From positions 263,934,001 to 263,998,000 of the forward strand of contig OZ024743.1 of NCBI GenBank assembly GCA_964016885.1: 64,000 nucleotides of DNA, written 5' to 3'. The translations under genes and the position numbers were made by a program. This stretch comes from Eledone cirrhosa. Its lineage: Eukaryota. The notes under the pieces are model-generated. The model made no database searches. It saw only the letters and a program-made list of their open reading frames with translations, and was not told the DNA's origin. Positions 40,321-52,751 of this stretch are shown here, in pieces (position 1 is the first letter of the stretch; the number at the start of each line of letters is the position of its first letter).

Positions 40321-43300
40321 GAAAGTGAGCTTTTCTTACAAAATGAAAAATAACCAAGGTGTCCTACACGAGTGAAAGTATAAAGAAAAAAAGATGATAT
40401 CGAAAATGCAACTGGAGTCTTATTTTCAAAAATATATATATATTTATTTGGTTCCTTTACCGGTTTCTTTACCTGAGTACTTCTGCTTTTCAAAAGCAGA
40501 GTTGAGATGGAGGGTCTGTGGTTTTTTCACATTTGTGCTTTCTCTCACGACTGATGCGAGATAAACTCCAAACACTCCATCTCAATTCTACCTTTGAAAA
40601 GCATAATAACTGAAATATGATCAATGCATCTTTATATTTTACATAAAATTGTATCTACAAAATTATCATTAACTATTCCTGGGGCTTTTTATTGGCATAA
40701 TTGCTAGCACGTCGGATGAAATGCATTACAGTAACGACCTTGTGCCTTCTGGTTTCAAATCTCATCTGGGCCAATTTTCCTTTTCAAGTACTGGGATCAT
40801 TATAATCGATTTTCCTCTTCTTCAAAATTGCTGGCTTTATGATAATATTACAAATAATTACTAATTATTTGCAATTTTGTTTTTAATGCTCTGATTGCGC
40901 CGTTTTTATGTTTTCTAGAAGAAATCCTGAACGAGAAGATAAATATTCTACAAATAATATTTAAACTTGGTAGCTATATATTTAGATTCTAGATGAATGA
41001 CATCCTATACGTTGATCCTAGGCTTATAGTAAATATTATAGCTGGTGGTGGATAATAATAGTTTGTATACGCTGTTGACTATGCCTACTAAGATTTTGTT
41101 TAGAATTAAGATGTTACCTTTATGCTGCCAAAGTTTTGAACATTGTTGTAGATATTCTTGAATGGATCTCGTTACGAGACTGGAGATATCTGCTTTAATT
41201 GACGCACGATCTTTTCTGAGAAGTTTTATATCATTTAAATTTCAGGGATATGGCTTTTTATAATGCCTTTCGTATTCTCGATTTGAAATTTACATAACAA
41301 CTTTAACAAGATTTAATGGTGATCATTTTGGTGAGAAAACGCAATGGGTACAGTTCGATATTCAATTAGAATTAACACCTTTTTGAGCAAAGCCCTACTA
41401 CAAAAGGGAACAATATATGTGAGCACTTGAGTAAGATAAATAGAAAAAAAAACAGTACTCAGTACTGATACTAATGTGTTATGATATTGTTGAAGCTTTG
41501 TGTAAAATGTAGAAAATCATGTTTTGTTTGAGCACTATCACAATCTGAATTGGATGTTAAATATTAAAAATAATGACAAATATGTTTGGGTGTTATTTTG
41601 CAGTCTTATCACATTTGAAATAAAATTTCTTTATCAAAAGGTTGATTAGAGAAATTATTTCTGAGCTGTATATTGCTTGTCGCTCTTAGGTTGCCATATT
41701 TTGGAAGTTGAACATAATGTTGTTTTCAACGTTACAAATGGATGTCATGTTTTGCTGCATAGTAGGAGTTTCATTACGAAGAGCAGAATAACTCCACTGT
41801 TATAGTTAGAAATTCTAGTACTACTTTCAGTGAATTATATAAGTATCGGTGACGTTTACGAAAGTATCAGCAAAACGTACTGGGTATGTATTAAAACTAA
41901 CGACTTATATTTACTAGTATAGATGGTGCTAAGTATAAGTAATAACCACAATGGTTAGTCAAGAGGAAGAGTGTCTAATCTTCAGATTTAGCTAATGACT
42001 AAATCGAAAATAATAACTTCCCCGAAAACATAAAGTATGAAATCCAACTTATTAATAGCATTATATTTTTGTTTGTTATTTCGTTATTTTTAATTTAATC
42101 GAAATGAAACAGATCAGCTTGAGACAGTCGTCAAGTTCTCAACTCTATAATCAATACACTGCTCAATGTTATTTCAGAGAAAGACACAAGAGACATTATT
42201 ACAGGTGCAAGTATTAATTATCAATTAGATATAATCCTATCTTTTATATGTTCAACAGAAATTTTCTGACAGAATTCACTTAAAATATGTTTTTCTTCCT
42301 TTCTTTCTTTCTTTCTTTCTTTCTTTCCTTCTTTCTCTCTTTCTTTCCTTCTTTCTTATACGTACTTTGTCTCTATTTTGTCAAACATCAATGATGCAAC
42401 ATCAAAGCTTCCGCTGGATTCTGTAAAACACAGAGACAGAGACTCAAATAAAATCATAAGCACAAATAGACACACACACACAAAACATGAATACCCACAG
42501 ACACAGATACACAAATACACCTCCCAAAATGCATTCTGTCTGTCCCGCTCTCTCTGACAGACGCGCATGCTCATAGATAAAGTCGCACAGTTGTATGCAC
42601 TGATATGTATAGATACATTTACAAAACACATATCTATATATACGCTCAATCATGTAAACCGACATTTTTAGGTGTAGTAAATAGCAATCTTATGTATTAT
42701 ATTCCAAAATCTATAATTTATATTGATTCTAGAATATCTTAAATGGACGCGTCTTCTTGAATATCTATCTTTCACCCTTTCTCTCCCTCTTTCTCGCTCT
42801 CTCTCTTACTCTCTCTCTCTCTCTCGATATATATATATATATATATATATATAAGTATGTATATATGCATACACACATGTATGCACGCATGTCTGTCTGT
42901 CTGTTTGTATGTATGTATTCATGTATGTGTGTAAGTATGTACATAAATGCGCTACAATTCTTATAAATCTGGTATATTAAAGACAGAAGTAAAGAAAATA
43001 AAGTGAAGCAAGAATTCAGCCTATGGCTATTTTCATGTATAATTGAAGATGTTTACAGTTACTTATAGTTTCTCAATTAAGATATGATTACTAAGTGACA
43101 AGTTACTAATTATAGTGCTGCAATTGTTTGATAAGAGATATATGTAAATCTATTCATGAAAAAAAAAAAATGAAATCACTAAACTCAATGAATTATAGAA
43201 AGGGAAAACAAGAATTATTAATAAAGCAATTTATACTTGATTGTTCTACAACTCTTACGTTCGACTTTACATCTCTGATGATAAAAGCATCGAATTAACC

Positions 43301-45174
43301 TGAGATAACTATGGATAGTTTGCTGCAATATTTTAAGCACTGTGGACTGTTATTTGTATATAAATTCCATGCTGAACGTTGGTTTAAATTTTTTTTTTAT
43401 ATTAAAACTGATTTGAAATTATATTTAGATTTTCTAATGATAAGTGGACGTGTCTTTCAAATTTAATGTGATTTAATATCTTTCTTTAAGAAATGTAGTT
43501 ACTATTCAGCGGGATGACGATGTTATCATATTCTGCTAATTTTAGTACTTATTTCTTTGCACATATTGTAATTATTTACACAGCTTAATTTATCTAATTT
43601 CGGAAAATAGTATATTCAGACCTCTTTTAATCTGTTATCATATCAAAAATCTCCATCAAATATGAGTTAGGTTACAGTAAAATATTCAAATTCGTCACTG
43701 GTTTACGAATTATATATATACTATATCGATAACAAAAAGAAAAAAAAAAAACATTTCCAAAACTAAAAAGAAACGTTTATTATTCTATAGGGCTACAAAA
43801 AATGAATCTTTACCAAAATAGTTTTATAAAATTTGTAGATCTAATATTTAAAAAACAGTCATTATCGGTTATTATAATTTTACTTTAGTTTTTGTCTTGC
43901 CTTTTTCAATATATATTAGTATAGTCTTTTACTTTTTTTGGTGTTTGTTGAAAGTGGAAATGTGACTTTAAATGTCAACAACGTTTAGGTTAACGTTTAT
44001 TATTGGACAATATCAATATCATTGTGGAGCAAAACAGACAGGGAGGCGCTAAGAAAGAAATGAACATAAAACTTTTATATTCACGAATAGAGATGATATG
44101 TATTACATTCACTCATTCTTTTTGTAATTTAATTTTGCTTATTCTATTTTACATATTACTTTAATAATTCTAAAGTAGTTTATTTGACATGAAAAAAACG
44201 TGAAATTTTCAATAACTTACATCTCTTTGAACTTGTACAATCATGCATACATACATAAATACATACATCCATACATCCATACATACATCTATACAAACAT
44301 ACATGCATGCATACATACATTCAAACATACATACATACTTGCATACATGCATATAGATATACACACATAAATACATACAAACATACATACATAAATGAAT
44401 ACATACAAACAAACGACCAAAATAAATAATTCACCTGTTCACTGAAAAGAGTATACGCAGATACTTGAAATAAATGACAACCCCAACACGAGAATGCTGA
44501 AAACCTGACGTGGTACATAATGTCTCAGAAAATCCCACCAAGTACCAACTGTTTGAAAGAGGAAATTCATCAGTTAACAATAAACATAGACGGAATAAGT
44601 TAGTAACATTTTTGCCGATTGCAAACAAATGTTTGCCCGTTACTAGCTTTACATGGGGAACGATTTAGTGGTGAGGATAATCATGAATCGATACAAATCG
44701 ATAACAATCTTCAATACTTTTCTGGGATTCCGAGAAGATCATCACAAGTTACATAATATATATTTGCAAATCATTAATGCATCTTTTGATGGAATAGGAA
44801 TATCCTTTCGTCGGCAGGTTTTTGTTCCGGAACATCCAACTTGGTCTGGTCACTAGAAGACACTGTGGCACTCTGCTGTAGTAGTAAATTCGCCAGTGTC
44901 ATCACGTGACTGTTCAGAAAATAGAGGAAGGTTAAATCGGCCGAATGCAGGGTGAGTAAAATGGAGGTGTGAATAACATTTTTTTTTTTCACTGCCTCCA
45001 AGAAACACTATATATATATAAATACATATATATATTTCTCCTATAAACCTGACTGAATAAATACGTGTATCATATATATATATGTATGTAAACGGTAAAC
45101 AGAAATAACAACACAATCGGTACAGTATATGGAAGGAATATATTAGGTAAACTTTTGAAACAGCGGGAAGAGGG

Positions 45175-45210
45175 TCTTAAACTTTCGGACGCTAGTCCTC
45201 CATCAGAAGA
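45175..45210 (-). ncRNA. Minimal PLE-type hammerhead motif (degenerate)
   Basis: Minus: TCTT-CTGATGGA-GGAC.TAGC.GTCC-GAAAGTTT-AAGA. Confidence 0.55.
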
Positions 45211-45563
45211 AGTAATGAGAAATTAGAAAGAATGAAAGGATGGGTGGCGTGTAATTGGAAAAATGTTTTTAGAGTAAAATAACATGTCCATTCATGTTGC
45301 AATCTCTTATATGTAGTTATAACTGTGAAGATTAACTCTATTAAGGGTGAAAGCAGTGATTCTTTGCTTAAACTTTAATATATATATATATATATAGTAA
45401 GAGGCTAATAGAATAGGGATGTGCGGATCACACCATGGTCCATCGGTTGTGAAGTAGATAAAAAGAAGCGCTCAACGACCTATGTAAATGGTACAAGACG
45501 TAGCATTATATATTAATAAAAGATCGGAGGCCATATTCAGTTGATTCAGGTTTATTTAGAACT

Positions 45564-45621
45564 CCATTATACGTATGTAACAGAGGACTATCAATTATGA
45601 TAGCCGGAGCTCTTCAGACGG
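45564..45621 (-). ncRNA. Degenerate hammerhead motif
   Basis: Minus: CCGT-CTGAAGA-GCTCCGGCTATCA.TAAT.TGATAGTC...-TAC-ATACGTAT-A-ATGG. GAA is mutated; the palindromic stem III is kept. Confidence 0.45.
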
Positions 45622-46031
45622 CAAAACCTAGAATAAACATTGAAAGTTCCTAAGAAACCTTTAAATTTGAAAAATTATAATGATGAAAATTTACACACAT
45701 TCAGGAACAGGACGGTCTAATTAGATTTCAATAAAACTCAATAATGGAACCCCTGGGTACATTAGACCCTCCATCCCACTACTCCGGTTCCTCCTCCCAC
45801 AACTCAGTCCTCCAAAACAAGGCAACAACTTATTTGTTTTTTTTGTTCTTCATTCTGTAGAGAAAGAGAGAGAGAGAGAGGGGATGAGAGAAAGGAGATA
45901 AGAAAGAAAGAGAGGGGATGAGAGAGAGAGGAGAAGAGAGAATGGGGGATTAGGGAAGAGAGAGAAAGAGAGCAGAACAATGATATCTTTTATTTATTTA
46001 TTTTTTAAACGCTTCGTAACTAACGCCTTTC

Positions 46032-46169
46032 TTAACGTTACTTCGCCTTCTCATTTTCTTTCACAAAAGTCGCAATGAGACTGTGTGTATGTGAGCATGT
46101 TTTTGTGTGTGTTGGCGTTCTTAAATTAGAGACAAGTGTGTGTGTGTGTTTATCACCGTACTTAAGTTA
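46032..46169 (+). repeat. Direct copy of the PLE 5' region (48082-48216)
   Basis: TTAACGTTACTTCGC...TTTATCACCGTACTTAAGTTA at both sites. Confidence 0.85.
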
Positions 46170-46189
46170 TATATATATATATATCCCAG

Positions 46190-47261
46190 TCTACTGTCTA
46201 ATGTATGTATATACTGTATATTAAGCAGAAAGGAAAGGTTGTATGTATCTATTAGCAAAATACATTTCAAATCACAGCGAACCTTCTAACACACACAAAC
46301 ACACATGCATAGAAGCCATTATAACTGTTGGTGTACTTAAAATAAATAAAAAACAAATCTCCCTCAAAGAAGATCCTACTGCCATAGTAAAAGTTAGTGA
46401 AAGCTACAGTGTAAACATTTTAATTAACCCAGGTTCTGCCGCACTTTGGGCCAAGGAACGTAAGCTCTCCAAATATCGGTCGCTCTGCGACAGGTTTGTT
46501 GTTGTGCCCATAGCAATGGAGACTTCTGGTGTCCTTGGCTCTAGAGCTACCTCCCAACTCACCACCATCGGCAAAGAGTTGGCTACGCGCAGGGGTGACG
46601 CTCGCACACCGGAATAGATTTTCCAGCGCGTCTCCCTCCCCATCTTCTATTCCGACCGCCGGGGCTGCCGGGCGGCCAGCGCGTGGGCCCTCATTTGCTC
46701 ATAATAGTGAGTGATGGGGAGATCGGGAAAGATGGAGGCAGTGACAGTGGGAGTTTGATTTCTAGTGTATATGTATATATTTTCCACAATTACACACATT
46801 AAAACAAACTTTCCTGAATTACAGAAATCAGTAAGTAACTTCTTCATTCATTCCTAAACCAATGGTATGTTTATTATTTTATTTAATTTTATTTATGCTT
46901 TTTTTAAATAGCCTTCACATTTTGTTTGAATTTCAGCATTTTTGATTGTCCAAAAATTAAAAAAAATGGATAAATAAGATCTAAATTTATTTTTTGGGTC
47001 ATGCCCTTTTCACTGACAACATACCTAATGATTCTTCCAAGTGCGAAGCATTATATATGCTGACTGTAATAAGGAGCAGTATTTAAAAAATACCCACTGA
47101 ACAAAACTAATAATATTTGTATCTACATGATTTGATTTAAACAAACGGCTTTAAATATTCTGCTATAATTCCTACTTTAGTTAAAATTCGCAATCATATT
47201 TCAATGGTCAAATACTGTAACGTTAACAAAATACCCGGGTATCACCGGGTAGTTCAGCTAG
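46190..47261 (+). mobile_element. Non-autonomous Helitron (5' end approximate)
   Basis: 3' hairpin ACCCGG-GTATCA-CCGGGT at 47233-47250, followed by AGTTCAG-CTAG|T. Confidence 0.7.
46428..46640 (+). pseudogene. Restriction-like endonuclease C-terminal fragment of a CRE-like non-LTR retrotransposon
   Basis: PGSAALWAKERKLSKY...FVVVPIAMETSGVLG...IGKELATRRGDAR..*IFQRVSL. Confidence 0.65.
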
Positions 47262-47342
47262 TATATATATATATATATATATATATTTCGTTTCTGAATT
47301 TGTTTAGCAAGATTCTTTATCTGAAAACGTGTGTTGAAACTG

Positions 47343-47844
47343 ATATTGTTATACTTTGGGAGGGTCATGTTGCCAATAAGAAACTGACGCACCAGTTGTT
47401 TCACTTCAATTTATTATAAGTTAAATTCATAAATTTAGGAATTTATAAATTTCCGGTTGGTTGGTTGGTTCCGTTGCCAGACGATTGTTCATATATTGTC
47501 AAAGATCTTTCGTCACACATTCTGTGACCTCTTGAGTGACTGGGGATTCTTTTCTTTGTTTTTGTGCCTCTCCTTTGTTCTGTCCTACGCCATCTTGTTT
47601 TTGGCGTAGGACACAACAAGGGTGAGGCACAAAAACAAAGAAAAGAATCCCCAGTCACTGAAGAGGTCACAGAATGTGTAACGAAAGAACTTTGACAATA
47701 TATGCACAATCGTCTGGTTGTGGAACCAACCAACCAACCGGAAATTTATAAATTCCTAGATTTATAAATTTAATTTATAATAAATTGAAGTGAAAGCAAC
47801 TGGTGCGTGTGTTTCTTATTGGCAACATGACCCTCCCAAAGTAT

Positions 47845-47852
<8 letters not shown>
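47343..47852. repeat. Near-perfect ~510-bp hairpin (~250-bp arms, 9-nt loop at 47593-47601) with an HHR in each arm
   Basis: Reverse-complement match along the whole length. Confidence 0.95.
47654..47696 (+). ncRNA. Type I hammerhead ribozyme motif (mirror copy 47498-47540, minus)
   Basis: GTCA-CTGAAGA-GGTCACAGAATGTGTAAC-GAA-AGAACT-T-TGAC. The mirror supplies GTGAC and the palindromic AGATCT. Confidence 0.75.
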
Positions 47853-47891
<39 letters not shown>

Positions 47892-47900
47892 GACATAAAT

Positions 47901-48037
<137 letters not shown>

Positions 48038-48302
48038 TATACATACATACATACATATATATCTATATATATTATATATATATTAACGTTACTTCGCTTT
48101 CTCAATCTCTTTCACAAAAGTCGCAATGAGACTGTATGTATGTGAGCATGTTTTTGTGTGATTCGGCGTTCTTAAATTAGAGACAAGTGTGTGTGTTTAT
48201 CACCGTACTTAAGTTAGAGACATATATATGCCATCCTTGACTGTTTGAGCGCTAACTGTTATATCGGATACATTTGATGGTCTCTAATTTTTCTTCTGTA
48301 AC

Positions 48303-50656
48303 ATGGATTATTACAACATAACAACTTCAATTAGAGACATTCTTATACCTGGTAAATCTGAGTTAACTAAACTTCTGATTGAAAAAACTGACTCTTTTGT
48401 GAGAAGGCTTAGATGGATCGCTAACAATATTGATCATTTATTTAACTCTAGAAGAAAAAAATCCTCCTTTCAATAAAAATCTAGCGCAGTTTGAGGAAGA
48501 ATTTACTAATATTATAAGAGGCCTTAAATTCAAGAGAAACCCTTATGATGACAGGAGCACCTTATAAATCTCAGGAATACAATTTCGGACCTTAATTCCT
48601 CTAAAAAAGTCTTAGACCATTCCAATAAAACTAATAATTTATATGGCGTATCTAAAGATATGTATAATAACCTTATCCTTAAGGAACTAAGGAAGAATTA
48701 TCGTAAAACTAACCATGACAATTTTGAATCTATAAACTTGGAAGCTTCTGAGATTATGTCTAAACTTGGCATCGAGAAAAAGACCGAACCATTCTTCCCA
48801 AGAACTCCGAGGATAAATCTTAAGGATCATAAAAGTAACTTTCGAACGGAACTGCCTGTTAGACTAATCGCCCCCTCTAAATCAGATCTGGGGGTTGTTA
48901 GTAAATCCATCTTGGATAGAATTATCCCACAGGTTCGTTCTAATTGTTCTATTTCTAACTTAAATTTATTGATTGGAACATCTGATGTAATTAACTGGTT
49001 CAATGACCTGAATAATAAAAACAAACAAAAATGTATTCAGTTTGACATTGCCAGTTACTATTCTTCTATTTCGCCTTCACTCCTCAACAGCGCTCTATCT
49101 TTCGCATTTAAATATTCTGACATTACCACAGATGAAATTTACATCATTCTCACCGCAAGAAAAACTATCCTGGAATTCAATAACGAATATTGGACTAGAG
49201 CTGATACTTCCAACAATTTTGATATCACAATGGGTTCGTCGGATTCAGCGCAATTGACGGACTTGATTGGTATCTTTATTTTGAATTCTTTAAATCGGAA
49301 AATTCCTCAACTTCACGATGGAATTTATCGTGACGATGCCCTTTTTACTGTCTTAAACTGTAACTTAGTTAACCTTAATATTATTAAGAATAATATACTT
49401 GATCTATTTAAGCACCATAACCTAAAAATTGAATTTGAAAACAGCGTCAAACTAGCTAACTTCCTGGATATATCCCTTAATCTTGACACCGGCCTTACCA
49501 TAAAGACAATGAGAATCTAAATTATGTTAATTTTAAATCTAACCACCCCATTAACGTTAAAAATGCTATAGTCAGTAATGTTGAAAAAAGAATCTCAAAT
49601 CTATCCTCTAATAAAGTTATCTCCGACGCTAATGCCAATTATTATAATAATGCGCTTTCCAAAGCCGGTAATCCTGACAAAATTAAATACAGTAAATAAA
49701 CCAATCATTGAAGGACTTATAGTAAAATAGTTAGTTATGAACATTCCAATAACTTAAATAAAGGACCTAGATACAAAAATATGATTTGGTACAACGCTCC
49801 TTTTTCTCTATCTATTACTAGTAATATTCCTAAACTATTTTTTAGGGCCTTAGATAAATGCTTCCCTCCTTCGCATATCTATAGTAAGATCTTTAACAAA
49901 CATACAATCAAATTCTCTTATTCCACCACTTCCAACATCTCTAACATTATCTCTAAACATAATAATAAAATATTAAATAATAAATTATATCCATCCAACA
50001 CTGAGCGTCATAATAATAGCAATAGTAAACCCGACGTCAATGTTAACTCTAGGCTAGATTCAGTAAATTTAAATACGACGTCTAACGTAACTTTGTCGAA
50101 TGTTCATAACACCAATTTAAATCAGGAAACTTTAGCACCTATCGTAAATAACCTCTCCAATCCAATTCCTTCTATAAATAATACTAGGTCACTTGTTAAT
50201 AACTCTGGTAATTTCTCTATTCGTAATTGTAATTGCCCTGTTAGAACTAAATGTCTTCTTAATAACCAATGTCTTGATAAAAATTTAGTGTATGCATGTA
50301 TGATTATAACTGGTACTAATTTTTTTTGCCTATTTTCGTTCCACTTCCACTTTCTTTAAAGCAAGATTTATAATCACAATTCGTCTTTTAAATACCAACT
50401 TAAAAGAACTAACACGGCACTCTCAGAACTCATATGGTCCTTAAAAGACAAAAATATTTACTACAACATTTCTTGGAGGAAGGTTTGCAACGCCTCTCCT
50501 TACCGAAATTCTTCTCTATCCAGAATATGTAATCTCTGCCTAGCCGAGAAATTTACCATTATCTCTAATTTTAATTCTATAATAAATAGATGTACGGATT
50601 TATTTTCGCTCTGCTTGCATAAATCCCATAGAATTTTCCATAAAGTATACAGCTAA
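48303..50656 (+). pseudogene. PLE reverse transcriptase + GIY-YIG endonuclease, with frameshifts and stops
   Basis: PVRLIAPSKSDLG, QFDIASYYSSI, ITMGS, GIYRDD, NFLDISL, WYNAPFS, CNC-x5-CLL-x3-C...LVY, FKARFYNH and CNLCLAEKFTI. Confidence 0.88.
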
Positions 50657-51627
50657 TATCTGACCACCTAATTAGTTTAAAATCTTCTTTTCTCAAACGC
50701 TTTTATATCTTTTACAAATATACCCATCTTTCTACCTTATTTCAGTATATTATATTATACAATTTACTCATTCTATGTCGTTAGCGGTCCCCTATTTTTC
50801 TTCTTTTTTTATCCTTTTTTCCTTTTTTCCTTTTTTCCTTTTTAATTTCTAATCTTTAATCTGTAACTTTTACTTCTCAATTACTTCTTAACTCATATTA
50901 TTACTCACTACAGCATTTTCCTTATATTCTTGGCCATACAAACTATATTTTTAATATATACTAATATTACCATTAGTAAATTTTGTAAACATATTTTTTT
51001 TGACGTTATATATTTTTTCTTCCTTAAATTTTCTTCTTTCTTCTCTCCTTCCGTGCTCGTGTTAAACCTATTACTTACTTTTTCATATTACAATACATAG
51101 AAACAAACTTAGACCCTAACTAATTCCTCTCAGTTCATAATTCATTTAATTTCTTCTTCATTCACCATATCTCCTTAATATTTTATTTTAATATTACATA
51201 TTAATAAATTCCTGTTCGCACATATTATTAAACCCTTCACTATATAAACCTTAAATAAATACTATTCGTAATTCCTTTTTCTTTAATCATAAACATCACC
51301 ATTCATAAACCTCATTAACTTTTAATTTCAAAATTTTTTAAAAAAATTATGTATTATCTCACAACTGTTTCTTTAATTTCTAGATAGTGTTTCTGAGTAT
51401 TAAAGGCTATCTTTCTCTCTCTCAACTCATTTCTCCTCCTCTCACATCCTTCCTTCTTATACTCCTCCCCCGTCATCCTTTATTTTCTTTCTTCCTCTTC
51501 CTTACCTTTTCCTTCCCCCTCCTTCTTTTTTTCCCAATCTCATATGTCCATCTTATTTTATTTTTCATATGTAGATTTAACACTTCACTGCTCGCAAGTG
51601 TTTTTTAAGCTTCATATCATGTCTCCC

Positions 51628-51697
51628 TATTTTATCTGATGAGAACGCAAATATCACCCCATGATGATTTTTGTTTTGAAATGCGCATAATAAAATA
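51628..51697 (+). ncRNA. Type I hammerhead ribozyme at the PLE 3' end
   Basis: TATTTTAT-CTGATGA-GAAC...GTTTT-GAA-ATGCGCAT-A-ATAAAATA. 8-bp stem I, palindromic stem III. Confidence 0.8.
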
Positions 51698-51727
51698 CAT
51701 GGAACTCTTTTAATCATCTTTTGATCT

Positions 51728-51766
<39 letters not shown>

Positions 51767-52099
51767 CATTCATGTTATGCGTTTTACCAATTGGTAGAAC
51801 CGGTGATTCAAGTTGTTAAACGATGATGCAACACATTTATTAAAGTATTTAACGCAAATAGTGATCCGTAGATGTGGTATCCAGTGGGTGGTGCAGGAAC
51901 GGATTAAAGTATTCATTAAAACAACAGCAGAATGCCGGACAGGAAAATTTACTTTAGAATCTTAATTTCTCGAAAGTTTTATATATATATATTTATATAT
52001 ATATTTATATATATATAGGCCAAGTAACACATCTCCCATTTCACGTGTCCATCAAATCACTCTATCAATCTTCAGTGTTCTGGGCTCTCTCCGTTATGT

Positions 52100-52500
52100 T
52101 CCAACAGGTTATCATTGAAATTACTTTTCACTATATTCCATTTTCGAATTTATCTCATGGTTCCGACAGAAAACGTTTAGGCACCATCTCCTCATGGTGA
52201 CCAACACAGTGACATACAAATTTCATTCTATTCTATCTTATCCTCATCTTTACTGGTAGAATCTGCTGACAATATTATTCTGGTTGATTTGTACATCAGG
52301 TGTCATGCACCCCACTCTTGTATAACTGCCATCAATTGCTTTTCCCACTTTCTGTGTTAAGCTCCATGATTCTGATTCATAAAAGAGGATAGAATCCACT
52401 GTTACAATAAAAAAGACTTTCGTTAAGCATTTTTCCCCTCGTACATAATATTGGAGAATAAAGCGAACAGAGGAGCAAATACGGTCAAGAATCAGCATGC
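52100..52500 (-). mobile_element. Old, decayed RTE-like fragment
   Basis: KVFFIVTVDSILFYESESWSLTQKVGKAIDGSYTR resembles RLFIAVVESVLLYGSETWTLTKRLTQMVDGCYTR. Confidence 0.65.
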
Positions 52501-52650
52501 AGGAGTTTTAACGAGAAAAAACAATTTAACCTAATTACAAATGTTTGAATAATCCAACACGGAGAAAGCGAACTTTGCTAAACATCAATTTTTGTATATG
52601 ATATCATTTTCCTTATATTACGTGATCTGTACAGAATCTTTTCTAACGTC

Positions 52651-52690
<40 letters not shown>

Positions 52691-52694
52691 CTCG

Positions 52695-52751
<57 letters not shown>

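Larger units (their letters stand above)
48082..51735 (+). mobile_element. Penelope-like element, near full length, inserted in (TA)n
   Basis: Disrupted RT-GIY-YIG ORF, long AT-rich 3' region and terminal HHR. Confidence 0.88.
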
